Assembly: GCA_951406725.2 (NCBI GenBank)
Contig: OX597829.1
Span: 24,738,001-24,802,000, forward strand
Length of the DNA: 64,000 nucleotides
Direction: 5' to 3'
From: Octopus vulgaris
Taxonomy: Eukaryota
Shown piece by piece: positions 42,372-56,761 of the stretch (position 1 is its first letter; each line of letters begins with the position of its first letter). Position numbers and translations under genes: made by a program. Below the pieces are notes generated by a model. That model did not search any database, was not told where the DNA came from, and worked only from the letters and a program-made list of their open reading frames with translations.

Positions 42372-43752
42372 CTCTGAAAATATGCAGAGACCAACTTCTA
42401 TCACGTTTCAGGGAGAAAAACTAGAAGTAGTTGATAGCTTCCGCTACCTAGGTGACCAAGTCAGTAGCGGGGGCAGGTGTGCTGAAAGTGTAACTGCTAG
42501 AGTAAGAATAGCCTGGGCAAAGTTTAGAGAGCTCTTACCCCTGCTGGTGACAAAAGGCCTCTCGCTCAAAGTAAAAGGCAGACTGTATGATGCATGTGTA
42601 CGTACAGCCATGCTACATGGTAGTGAAACTTGGGCTGTGACTGCTGAGGATTTGCGTAAGCTCGCAAGAAATGAAGCTAGTATGCTCCGTTGGATGTGTA
42701 ATGTCAGTGTTCATAGTTGACAGAGTGTAAGTACCTTGAGAGAAAAGTTGGACCTAAGAAGCATCAGATGTTGTGTGCAAGAGAGACGATTGCGCTGGTA
42801 TGGTCATGTGGCGAGAATGGATGAAGATAGGTGTGTGAAAAAGTGCCACACCCTGGCAGTTGAGGAGGTAGACCCAGGAAAACCTGGGTCGAGGTGGTGA
42901 AGCACGACCTTCGAACTTTAGGTCACACCAAGGAAATGACCAGAGACCGAGACCTATGGAAGTATGCTGTGCACGAGAAGACCCGGCAAGACCAGTGAGA
43001 ACAACCAAAATCAAACCAAATCAAATCATATATCAGAAAGCAGAACCAAAATTGAGGTCGATCAACATCAGTGGGAATTGCAGCTGTGGTTAAGTAAACC
43101 ATCCGTTCGTGTCCGCTGCCAGCCTCGCCTGGCCCTCGTGTCGGTGACACTTAAAAGCACCATTCGTTCGTGGCCGTTTGCCAGCTCTGTCTGGCCCCCG
43201 TGTCGGTGGCACATAAAAGCACCATCTGTTCGTGTCCGTTGCCAGCCTCGCCTGGCCCCGTGCCGGTGACACGTAAAAGCACCATCCGTTCGTGTCTGTT
43301 TGCCAGCTCTGTCTGGCCCCGTGTCGGTGGCATGTAAAAGCACCATCCGTTCGTGTCCGTTGCCAGTCTCGCCTGGCCCCCGTGCTGGTGACACATAAAA
43401 GCACCATCCGTTCGTGGCCATTTGCCAGCCCTGTCTGGCCCCGTGTAGGTGGCACGTAAAAGCACCATCCGTTCGTGTCCGTTGCCAGCATCGCCTGGCC
43501 CCGTGCCAGTGACACGTAAAAGCACCATCCGTTCGTGGCCGTTTGCCAGCTCTGTCTGGCACCTATGTGGGTGGCACGTAAAAAGCACCCACTACACTCA
43601 CAGAGTGGTTGGCGTTAGGAAGGGCATCCAGCCGTAGAAACACTGCCAGATCTGACTGGGCCTGATGAAGCCTTCCAGCTTCACAGACCCCAGTTGAACC
43701 GTCCAACCCATGCTAGCATGGAAAGCGGACGCTAAATGATGATGATGATGAT
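42372..43752 (+). mobile_element. RTE LINE 3' fragment with tandemly expanded 3' UTR
   Basis: [12 protein letters not shown]...MLHGSETWA; about eight 58-60-bp units at 43097-43590; (GAT)n tail. Confidence 0.92.
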
Positions 43753-43762
43753 ATATATATAT

Positions 43763-45100
43763 ACCACAAAGTAAGTTAGGGGTTATGGGTGCAACCCACT
43801 AAGGGATTGTATTTATCCAATATATTGTTGGTAAAGTACCCAAATTTTATAATTTGTATTATCTTATATGTATTGAATTATAAGGTATATATGTATGCTA
43901 TTAAGGTTCTCATTTTGTTAAATGAATAAATAATTCAACATTCTAATATCCGAAAGTTGATGAACAAACTAAATTGTTTCTCCATTTTCTTATTTAAAGA
44001 ATTTTCCATTTGTTTATTATTAGTTTAGTTAATGACATGATTTTTGAAAAGTAAGTAAACCTTTTTATTAAATTTATTTTAATAATTTATGTTATATGGT
44101 ATTTATTGGATACTACATAACTACAGATCGATAATTTGATTGTATAAGTATTTAGTTGTTGAAGATATGTATTTCATTATTTCATTATTAGATCATAACT
44201 ATACGGTTTTTGTAAGTTATTAATTAGCCAACGAGATATATTGATCGTTAAATAGTTATAGGGTTTTTTTAAGACAGGTTATATGTTTTCAATTTGCTTT
44301 TTCATCTTTAATTTTTTAATATATTTCGTAAGTAATAATGAATAATTAATTTATTTAGTTTTTTATAATACATATATATATTTATTGATAGAGATAATTT
44401 TAGATCTTAATTATTATATTTATATATATTTATTGATAATAATTTAGTTATTATTCAAATATTTTATAATTATTAGATTTGAACTTAAATTTAATAATAT
44501 GAATAGTGATTATTTTTTTGTTAAATAATTAGGTAATTAGATATTGACTATAACTGAGATTAGGTTATTAGTGAGTTTATGTTTTTTATAGCCATATTAT
44601 ATCTGAATAGATAAATACATTTTCTATCTATTTTTACCTTAAAAATTAATATCTAACATCATAATTGGATTGTATGACATAAACCTAATCGTTAAAGTTT
44701 CTAGTTTGATAATAGAGTTTTTTATAAGAAAAATTTCTATTTTATTTATTTCTTAAAAAATATTGTTTAAATATATTTGCTTATTTATTTAACTATTATC
44801 ATTAACCTGAAGATTGACTATAACTATAATTCGAATTTTTAATTGAATTTAAATTATTGTAATTCGAATTAGGTTATGGCCATGAAACGTACGTAGTGGT
44901 TTTACTTATTATCTTATATTAAACTTTTAATACTTTTTGATAGTTATATATATATTTTTTTTAAATCTAAAAATTTAAAAATTTATAAATATAAATTAAA
45001 TATTTTAAATTTTATATATTTTGTATATTATATTATGTTTATTTTAATGTTTTTTATTGTTTGATTTGCCTAATAGTGGTTTTATCTCTAATTCAATTTA
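43763..45100 (+). repeat. AT-rich PLE terminal-repeat-like unit related to 18335-18520 and, inverted, to 17570-17640
   Basis: Shared motifs catGAAAc(g/a)tacgtagt and aatagtggttttatctcta; bounded by (TA)n. Confidence 0.65.
44804..44900 (+). ncRNA. Type I hammerhead ribozyme in an AT-rich PLE terminal-repeat-like unit
   Basis: ac-CTGAAGA-ttgactataac...gttatggccat-GAAA-cgtacg-TA-gt: long stem II, palindromic stem III ACGTACGT, weak stem I. Confidence 0.7.
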
Positions 45101-45321
45101 TATATATATATATATATATATAATAGTATCAAATAAAGGTAATAAACCTCATTAAAGGATCATAAATCCAATGAAAATACTGGTTAGTTACCAATCTATA
45201 GAAAAATCAATAGAAAGATATATATAAACTGTGGTTCATATATTTGTATATTTAAAGAATAAGGAGAAAATGGAGAGGTAATTAATAAAATTATCTTATT
45301 AATTATAAAATATGACAACAT

Positions 45322-45402
45322 CTCTGACAGCTGTTTCAATTGAGAAATCTTTAGATAATTCATTTATAAAATTAAAATCATGAGATGAGTCCCCTCAGAG
45401 GT
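45322..45402 (-). ncRNA. Degenerate hammerhead ribozyme
   Basis: Minus strand reads ct-CTGAGGG-gact...aatt-GAAA-cagctg-TC-ag. An inverted partial copy with an intact CTGAAGA core lies at about 45628-45686. Confidence 0.55.
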
Positions 45403-45759
45403 ATTAAGGATATACTGATTAGAATTACATGTTGAGATAACAGCAATGAAACAGTTAACTGATAGCAAATATACGAAAAGAAGGAACCAATCTAATATAG
45501 GGGGAGAAGATAGTATATATTATTATATGTCTTAAAGAAAAAAGAAGACATTAATATAATATCATAGGGTATTCAGAAAGAGAAAAGAAAAGGTGAAGGA
45601 AAAATGTATTTCTAATTGGTATATCTTTACTACCTCTGAAGAGATTCATCTTATAAAGATCTTAATTTTACAAATTAATTATCTAACGATTAACATATCC
45701 TCTAATTAGGTTTATATATGTGTGTGTGTGTGTGTGCATGTGTGTATGCATGTGTGTGT

Positions 45760-45794
<35 letters not shown>

Positions 45795-45798
<4 letters not shown>

Positions 45799-46036
45799 AG
45801 GAAAACAAGACAAGGTAGAAAATGCTAAAATATTTTTATCATGAGAACATTTTAGTTCTGGTTTCAGTCTTTGCAGCTTTTTCAACTTAGAGTAAAGCAT
45901 CAAAAACAATTAAATAATGGAAAAATTGAATGAAATTTAAAACAAAAATATTTCCATAGTTTTCAAATACAAGGGACATTTTCCTTTTTTCTGTCTGTCT
46001 CTCTCTTTTCACTTTTGAAGGCTTCAAAAGAGTAAA

Positions 46037-46108
<72 letters not shown>

Positions 46109-46268
46109 TGACAGAAAATGAAAAATGTCCCTTGTATTTGAAAACTATGGAAATATTCTTTAAAAACATTTAATTGTTTTTCATCTTTTACTGAAACCGG
46201 TACTAAAATTTTCTTCATGATAAAATTATTTTAGCATTTTCTACCTTTTCTTGTTTTCCTTATACATA
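45795..46268. repeat. About 470-bp imperfect palindrome centred near 46021
   Basis: aaggaaaacaagacaaggtagaaaatgctaaaa / ttttagcattttctaccttttcttgttttcctt and atatttccatagttttcaaatacaagggacatttt / aaaatgtcccttgtatttgaaaactatggaaatat pair as reverse complements; (GA)n is expanded in one arm. Confidence 0.9.
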
Positions 46269-46306
46269 TCAACTCGTGTGTTTCTTTTCAATTACATATG
46301 TATGTA

Positions 46307-46360
<54 letters not shown>

Positions 46361-46653
46361 TACATACATATGTATATATATATATACACACACATACACG
46401 CATCTATGTACATAGATATATAAAATGTACTTTGTAGCATATAAATGTGTTTGAGTAAATTAATATACTCCACATGCATAGATAAGGCACATAATAACCA
46501 AATAGGCACTGATAAATCTGGCAATAAAAAAGGTGACGGTCATTCATAAAATAAAGGGATAGAAAAGAAGCAATCCAAATGAGAATGGGTTAACATTATA
46601 AAGGGAGATAATTTGCTTGGGTCCGTGCGATGTACGTGCTGTATGAATGACTG

Positions 46654-46734
46654 ATGATGGCGTTAAAGTGTATGTTCCCTTTGTCAAAATTAAATGGAAA
46701 CACCACTGGCAGGTATTTTCTACGGTCAATCAAG
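46654..46734 (+). CDS. Candidate PRDX5 first coding exon (mitochondrial-presequence-like MMALKCMFPLSKLNGNTTGRYFLRSIK)
   Basis: ATG preceded by an in-frame TGA, ends AAG|GTAATT in phase 0, compatible with the 63551 exon. The peptide is basic/hydroxylated with no acidic residues and lies in a repeat-poor, relatively CpG-rich stretch. Linkage to the downstream exon is inferred only. Confidence 0.4.
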
Positions 46735-46883
46735 GTAATTATTAATTTCTTATTGAGAAATATTCTTAACATTCATTTCAAGTGTTTAGTGTATCTTTGT
46801 TGCTTTTAATTATCTGTAATAGCTATAGGCACATGCGCACACTTCTTTCTGTTTATAAGTGTGTATGTGTCTGTATAAGTGCA

Positions 46884-46936
<53 letters not shown>

Positions 46937-47870
46937 TTGTACTTAGGTTAGCCGGTATTTGTGGTTCGGACGAACCAAAAAAAAATTATAGTGTAACCTT
47001 GTCATTAAGATCTCTCTTTCTTTTTTCTTTCTCTCTCTTTTTTTTCTCTCTCTCTCTCTCTTTCTCGAAATCATATTATTTCTTCGAAATTAATATATTC
47101 AAATCTATTAATTAATCTTTGAACTAATGATATTCTTAAGATTAAGCTAATCACGCATACACACACACACACACACTTGTATGTATAAATTATTTGTTTG
47201 CACACGCACATACACACAGGTATAAAATATAATTGTTTACACAAAAAAAAAAATATTGAAATGACCTCACAATTACATGCACTGTTTTATGAATATATGT
47301 CGTTTCTTTTCGAACACGTGTCGCTTTGTTTATGTCTACCCGCCTTTTCTTTAGTCGTCTTAATTCAAATGCATATGTTTCGGTGTATCTATAATGCCGT
47401 GTGTGTATATATATAATACACACACGGAGACTTTAATAAATACAACCCTGTGCTAGTCTAAAGTTAAACAACGCGTATAATAAAACAATATATACACCAT
47501 CGTTCTAAAGGAGTCTCGATGTGATAGGTCAGTGTGCGAGAAATAACGTCTACAACTTCCTCAAATCATACCTTACTATTTTAATGTTTAAAATATCGCC
47601 GTCCTAGTTTATCTTTGCCTTAAAATATGATAGGCTGGTCACACCCGGAACCATTGATCATAAGTCTGCTCGATCAACGCTCTTGTCTTGTCTATTGTCT
47701 GTATCCAACAATGGAATGATATTGATGGAAAATGGTATACCGTTCGTTATATCGACCCTAATATTTTATCAGTACTTATCGGTCATATAAGGGAATCAAA
47801 GTGGACGACGGGTAGTGCGAGAAGGAGAAAATGTGTGTGTGTGTAATATACTTTACAAGAAAAGTGGTAG

Positions 47871-47912
47871 CAGTGACTTCGAAGTTTCGGCTCGCTATCC
47901 TTAACCAGACTG
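47871..47912 (-). ncRNA. Degenerate minimal hammerhead ribozyme
   Basis: Minus strand reads cagt-CTGGTTA-aggatagcgagcc-GAAA-cttcgaag-TC-actg: perfect stems I and III, core has two substitutions versus CUGANGA. Confidence 0.55.
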
Positions 47913-48232
47913 TTTAATAAATATGTACTTTAATTCTTCAGTTCAAAGTAAAATTGTTTTATGACTTGACATAAAAACAAACATTAATGTTTGTGTGTGA
48001 AATTAATTCTTTCAGCGCATTCTTAATTTTCATATTCCCGATATTTACACCATGTTCTCAAAGAAACCATACCAGCCAACTAAATTTATACATCTTCAAC
48101 ACCAATGAACACTTTTGTTATACATCACTCAATTAAAGGAAGTTTGATCATTCTTGTGGTACTAGATTGCACACATATATATAAACGGGTGTATATATGT
48201 GTGTGTAGACACGTTTCGGTAAATTATTTACC

Positions 48233-48460
48233 CACGTTTCTTCCTATTCCTTAATTTCTAAGTTATTTCGTACAAAAAACAAACGGGGTAGAAAGATATT
48301 AAACATGGTATAAGTGAAATGGAAAACTAATTTTCTATTATGTATATGCATGTACACACACTCATATACTTACAAATGTACATATATGTGTGTATATTTG
48401 AATATATGTATGAACGTACGTATCCATCGTTCCCCGTGGAGTGTGTGTGTATGTGTGTCT

Positions 48461-48535
<75 letters not shown>

Positions 48536-48735
48536 CGGAGAACGATGTATACAGACGTTCATACATATATTCAATTACACACACATATGTGTGAATATAC
48601 ATATGTAAATGTGAGTGTGTGTCCATACATAATAGAAAATTAGTTTGCCATTTCACTTATATCATGTCTAATGTCTTTCTACCATTTTTTTTTTGTACGA
48701 AATAACTTAGAAGTTAAGGAATAGGAAGAAACGTG
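48233..48735. repeat. About 500-bp imperfect palindrome with a microsatellite loop
   Basis: cacgtttcttcctattccttaatttctaagttatttcgtacaaaaaa / ttttttgtacgaaataacttagaagttaaggaataggaagaaacgtg; arms of about 200 bp. Confidence 0.9.
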
Positions 48736-49081
48736 CCAAAACCACCTTCAGCTGATCTAAAAGACACTCAGGTTTCGTTGCACAAGGTCTCCTTGATAGT
48801 GTTGAGAACAATGAAAACTTTTTGAAAACTTTGCATAGGCCTCTGAGTAGATAGCACCAAGCATTCTCTGTTATGGCCAACGGGATGAACACACGCTACA
48901 CACCTTCCTTCCAAGCACTCCTGTAAATAGCAGATGCCAGCTAGAATGTTAACACTTAGTACGCATGCACAACGGAGTTCAAGGTCAATTTGTGCCTAGC
49001 AACTTTACTCTATGTACTTTAAGCTTGGTTACTATGGCAACAGTCCGGATACTTATTGATCAAACCATGTGTAAATGTATG

Positions 49082-49137
<56 letters not shown>

Positions 49138-49248
49138 AGTGTATGTATATGGATGCATATATATATTTTAAAAGTTTTACTATATTAATATATGAAATAC
49201 AAAAATTGTATATACGTCTGACTTATACAGAATACAAATGATATTGAG

Positions 49249-49539
49249 AAGTGGTTCCCAAAGTGGACGGTACTGCCCCACTGTGGATGGTGGAAAGATC
49301 AAGAGGGGTGTTGAAGAAAAGTGGGTCAATAATAGGGTGGCCTAAAGTGGAGAGGGGATGTAACCCCCCCCCCCCAAAAAAAATTACGGGTTAATTAGGT
49401 TAAGTTTTAATTGTGAAATACTTTTATTTTCAATTTGTTGTTGAGAGTGGTTTATGTTTGTGGTGAGGAGGGTGGTGGTGCTAAGAATGTGACATGAGTG
49501 TCAATGGGACTGCAGTCTGAAAAAGTATGGGAACCACTG
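49249..49539. mobile_element. hAT-type MITE
   Basis: agtggttccca / tgggaaccactg termini. Confidence 0.65.
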
Positions 49540-49906
49540 AGGATTACAGGGGTTGATTATGGGAACCATAGAGGATTACAGGGGTTGAAGAAAAGTATTA
49601 CTAATCCAACAGCTGTTTCTGGGGGCTCAGTGGTTCAAAATAAAGTTTATAGCTGTTTGGTTTGTAATATTTTGGTTCAGACCCTTTGACACTTTATATC
49701 GTTTCTATTATGTGTAACTCAGACCTTTTTGCATGTAAACATACATGCATTTTTTGTATTTCATTTATTAATATAGTAAAGCATTATATATTGATTATTC
49801 TAACTTGCTTATCGCTACATTTATTTCCATACCCGGTCAAGCTTCATTCACTCAAGCTCTACTAAGTGTACTCTAAACAGAGATATATATATATACATGT
49901 GTGTGT

Positions 49907-49947
<41 letters not shown>

Positions 49948-49973
49948 AGTCCTCCAGACAAATATATACATAT

Positions 49974-50015
<42 letters not shown>

Positions 50016-50143
50016 CAAAAATTTAGATTCAGATGAATTAGGTACCTAAGTTGAGGCACCAGAATTTAGTACGGTATTATCGATACAATTTCAAAATAAG
50101 GTGATTAAAATCAAAATAAGCAACAGGATATTCAGAGGGAATC

Positions 50144-50225
50144 CAGTACGATCATTTCAAGCGACTCCATTTAATTGAACAATGCAATCATTACATCAAT
50201 TTAAATGCAGAGCAATCCTCAGCTG
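50144..50225 (-). ncRNA. Type I hammerhead ribozyme
   Basis: Minus strand reads cag-CTGAGGA-ttgctc...gagtcgctt-GAAA-tgatcg-TA-ctg: intact core, 3-bp stem I, near-palindromic stem III (CpG decay), imperfect base of stem II. Lies between two (TA)n tracts. Confidence 0.65.
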
Positions 50226-50247
50226 TATAAATACATAGAATTAAATT

Positions 50248-52403
<2,156 letters not shown>

Positions 52404-52404
52404 T

Positions 52405-55232
52405 GCCATTTGGTGTTGCTACATGATTTTACTTCACGAATGCTTTTTAGAAATTGCCATTTGGTGTATGAGAGAGTTCGATGCAGCTGCCCTCATCTGC
52501 ACCTCCTGCCGTGAAGTTGGTTCATCCACCCCATGCAGGTCCCTCAGGTTCTTTGGGAGGATATTGAAGAGCTGTGGGCCTCTGAAGCCCAGGCTATCAC
52601 AGTATCTTGTCTTACATCTTGATGGCAAATTTGGAGTCCTTGGCACCATGCAGTGGCTCTCAGTTCTGGCATTTGTGTAACTCTCGATGCCAAAGTTTGG
52701 GACAAGTCCTTCCAGGATCTTCCAGATGTATATTATGACATATCTTTCTTGCCTACGCTCCAAGGAATAGAGTTTTAATCTCTTGAGTCTTTCCCAGTAG
52801 CTTATATGCTGCACAGAGGCTATCTTCTTCGTGTAGCTTCGTTGGATCGCCTCAAGTTCTGTGATCAACTTGACACTGGATGGTGACCATAGCTGAGAGC
52901 AATAGTCAAAGTGGCTTAGGACAAGTGTCCTCCAGAGGACCATCATGGTTTCTTGGTCTCTTGTTCTAAAGGTTCTAAGAATCCATCCGGCCAGCCGTCT
53001 ACATTTCATTGCCAATTTAGCAACATGTACATGAAATGTTGCGTCATCACTCATGTAAATACCCAGGTCATGCACTGATTGTGCCTCTGGGATTGCAATC
53101 CCTCCAGGTCCAGTGTATTCATTGGGTATTGCATTTAGTTTTGCATGCTGATAGCATAAAGCTTGAAATTTTTCAGCATTGAACTGCATGCTATTCTTTT
53201 CAGCCCACTTGTATATTTTGTCCAGCTCACATTGCAGGTGCTTAGTGTCTTCAGGGTTCTGTATTGCCTGTGAAACTTTTGTATCATCTGCATAACTTGT
53301 GATTGTGGCTCTCTGCGTGGCTGAGGGCATGTCTGAGAGGGCCATTATGAACAGTAGTGGTCCCAAAACAGTGCCCTGCGGGACACCGCTCACTACTTGC
53401 GTGTTAATGGAAGTGGTCCCATCGGCTACTACCACCTGACTTCTATCCTTCAGAAAGTCATGAAGCCATACTCCCAATTTTCCAACTATGCCAAGATCAC
53501 ACAGTTTGTGACATATCATTCCATGATCAACTTTATCAAAGGCCTTTGCAAAGTCGAGTTATATCACTTCCACATTTGAGTGGTTGAGCAGTCGTTTCAG
53601 CACCCAGTCATAGTGTTGTAGGAGCTGAGTTAAGCAGCTTCTTCCTGGTCGGAAACCATGTTGGGTGTCAGGCAGCAAGTCATTTTCTTCAAGGAAGGTG
53701 ATTAGTTTCCTTCTGACTATTCGTTCCATGACCTTGCTGATGTGTGAGGTCAGAGAGATAGGTCTGTAGTTCTTGGCCTCCGTTCTGCTACCTCCTTTAT
53801 GAATGGGGCATATTTTACCTTCCTTCAGTTTTCTTGGAAGTTTGCCAGCTGCAAGGAAGCTCTGAAAGAGGAACTGCAGTGGTCTTGCTAGGACTCTCTT
53901 ACATGCTTTTAGGAGGATTGCCGGGAATCCATCGGGGCCAGTAGCTGAGTCTGTTTTCATTTCATCTATAGCCTTTATTACATCGTCTTCCTTTATATCG
54001 ATGTAATCTATCGTCGCCGCTTCTGATTTTATATCTGCAGTGGTGAAGAAGTCAGTTGGATTGGTGATTTGGAGATGCCCAAGGGTGGAGTGAAAACACT
54101 CTTGAATTGCTCATTCAGTATTTCACTTACCCTCATTGGTTTTCCCGTAAGTGTGCCATCCTTTTCAAGGAGTGGGCCTATTCTACAGTGCACCGTAGCT
54201 GTTTCTTTGGCATACCTGTAGAAAGCTCTGGGGTTAGATTTTATGTTGTCTATAGCTCAGGCTTCTTTGTCTGCTCTTTCCTTTTCATGGGAGAGTTGCA
54301 GACATTTTTCAATTTCCAACAGTTTTATTTTTAGGTGGGACTTTTCACTGCTTTCAATTTGTTTGTTTAGGTGATTTGAAACTTTTGTACGCCGTCTCAT
54401 TAGAATTTTTTTCTCTCTGGGACACATTTGTAGCATATGGCTTGCATTACAGACATGAATTGTTGAAGTTTCATGTCGATGTCTGGCGAGGAGAGACATT
54501 CAGGCCAGTTTTGTTTGAGAATCTCTTTCTCAATTTGTTTCCAGTTTGCCTTATGGAAGTTCAAGCTGGAAAGATTCTGAGAGTTTCTTGTAGGCTGCAT
54601 GTCCATGCTTTCCTTTGGATCGTACATGGTCAGCTCTACCATGTTGTGATCCGAGAGTAGTGTCAGTGTCACTTTCACATTATGGATGAGATCCATATTA
54701 TTTGTGAAGCAGAGATCCAGTATGTTACCTGCCCTGGTTGGTTGGAGTATTACTAGCTCCATGTACAGGGCGTTGATGAGGTTCAGGAGGCACCTCGCCT
54801 GTCCTTGTTCACATCGTGTCATTCCTGGGAGAGAAAGGTCCTCGGACCATCTGACATTGGGTAGATTGAAGTCTCCCATAAGAAGTACACTTATGTGTTG
54901 TTCTAATGTGACTAGAACTTCTTCTATTTTTATAAGGCAGTCTTCAAACTTGCCTACATGGCTTGGGGCATCTGGAGGGCGATATGTAGCACACACAACT
55001 ACACCAAGTCGCCTTATATGTACAATTAGTGTGTCACACACCGAGTTTGAGTATGACAAAAGGACCTGGGGTGTGAGGTCCTCACGGATGTACATAGCAA
55101 CTCCTCCATGACTCCTTTCTTTTCTGTCGGTCCGTAGTACAACATACTGTGGTATGTGTAATTCCGCATCTGCTATGTCCAGTTTCAGGTGTGTTTCCGT
55201 AAGTGCTATGCATAAGGCTTGATTGCATGCAA
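52405..55232 (-). mobile_element. CR1/L2-group LINE ORF2 (APE + RT) with a few frameshifts, flanked by TA-rich satellites
   Basis: ALTETHL, YRPP, GDFNLP, LDLCFT, SDHN; GPDG, YRPISLTS, QHGFRPGRSC, SGVPQGTVLGP, YADD. Confidence 0.93.
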
Positions 55233-55392
55233 CAAAGTCTCTCATATATCTATATATATGTATATATACATATATATGTATATCTGTATATCTATATATA
55301 TGTATATATACATATATATGTATATCTGTATATCTATATATATGTATATATACATATATATGTATATGTATATATACATATATATGTATATA

Positions 55393-55441
<49 letters not shown>

Positions 55442-55449
55442 GTAATTAC

Positions 55450-56038
55450 TAGCAGCTAAGCCCAGCTTCACTCAGTCCGTGTGAATAATGTGGCTGTAAA
55501 ACCTGCTTTGTGTAAGCATTTGACTTGTTTTGACATGCTTGCATTAAAAAACAATTTTAGAATGATGACTTTCTGTCAAAACGCTAAAAAGAACTGACCA
55601 AAAAAAGAAACCAACCACGATTCAACCTAATCAAAAACTAAACCCAAATATTAACTAATGAACCCTCCCACTACCATTGCAAATACTCACATTTGCATAC
55701 CCCCCTTTTATATACACACATATTCACACAGAGTTGAAACGCTGTTTGATTTTTTTTTTTTTCAGCGTACAATTTTTTATCATCCAACTACCGAATATAA
55801 CATCACCCCTTTCTTCCTTATTCATCTATCACCACTTCCTTTCTCATTCATAAACACAAGAGTATTATTATAGTAGATTATCTCCATAACCATGGGAGCT
55901 ATGAAAAAATACAAAGCCCAGCAACAGCACCGGATCATTCTACACATCTGTGTAATCTTTTGCTCAATTCCAGCAAGCCATTTGACAATGAATCCCAAGA
56001 CAAGAATGAATCGCCCATGTCAAATTTATATGTATAGG
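55450..56038 (-). mobile_element. Older Helitron-like element
   Basis: ctagcagctaagcccagcttc terminus resembles the other two; 5' end uncertain. Confidence 0.4.
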
Positions 56039-56088
56039 TATATATATGTGTGTGTGTATATGTATATATATATGTGTGTGTGTGTATG

Positions 56089-56119
<31 letters not shown>

Positions 56120-56187
56120 GTACGTATATATTTGTATATATATTTATATGTATATGTGTATATATATGTATATGTGTATATATATGT

Positions 56188-56227
<40 letters not shown>

Positions 56228-56234
56228 GTGTGTA

Positions 56235-56326
<92 letters not shown>

Positions 56327-56687
56327 TTTATGTATGTATATATATCTGTAAATATAATATGTGACAATTATTGGCTACCAAATAATTGTCACATACTTAC
56401 AGATAAATTCCTCTATTTACATAATATCGAGGTCTCTTTCATTCTTTTGTTGTCTTAACATTTCTATCAATATGTGTATATATATAAAATACAAAACTCA
56501 CTAAATTCACTAATCTACAAAATAAGAAATATTGCATTTCTAAATCTCTCAGAGAGAGTTATGCAGTAGCAGGACGATAAGGTGAAGGTTTGTTGCCAAC
56601 TAGTAATGTGGCAGTCCCCCGAAAGGGAATTATATATATATATATATATATAGTACAAAACTCAAGGAATGAAGTATATAAAATCCA

Positions 56688-56761
56688 GGCTACATATGTT
56701 TCATAGCAAGCAGATCCTTGGAAGTAGTAAATATCCAAGCAAGGTGTATACTCTTCAGGCC
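56688..56761 (-). ncRNA. Type I hammerhead ribozyme
   Basis: Minus strand reads ggc-CTGAAGA-gta...(cttgga/tccaag hairpin)...tat-GAAA-catatg-TA-gcc: intact core, GUA site, palindromic stem III. Unit abuts (TA)n. Confidence 0.75.

Noticed and set aside
43097-43590. CRISPR-like periodic array
   Set aside because: Units are contiguous tandem repeats without unique spacers, inside an RTE 3' UTR in eukaryotic DNA, with no cas genes.
43820-44790. Possible mitochondrial insertion (very AT-rich)
   Set aside because: No recognisable mitochondrial gene, tRNA or rRNA motif; contiguous with a hammerhead-bearing PLE-like unit.
49600-49640. Possible hammerhead (GAAA-cagctg-T on minus)
   Set aside because: No acceptable CUGANGA core or stem II; too decayed to call.
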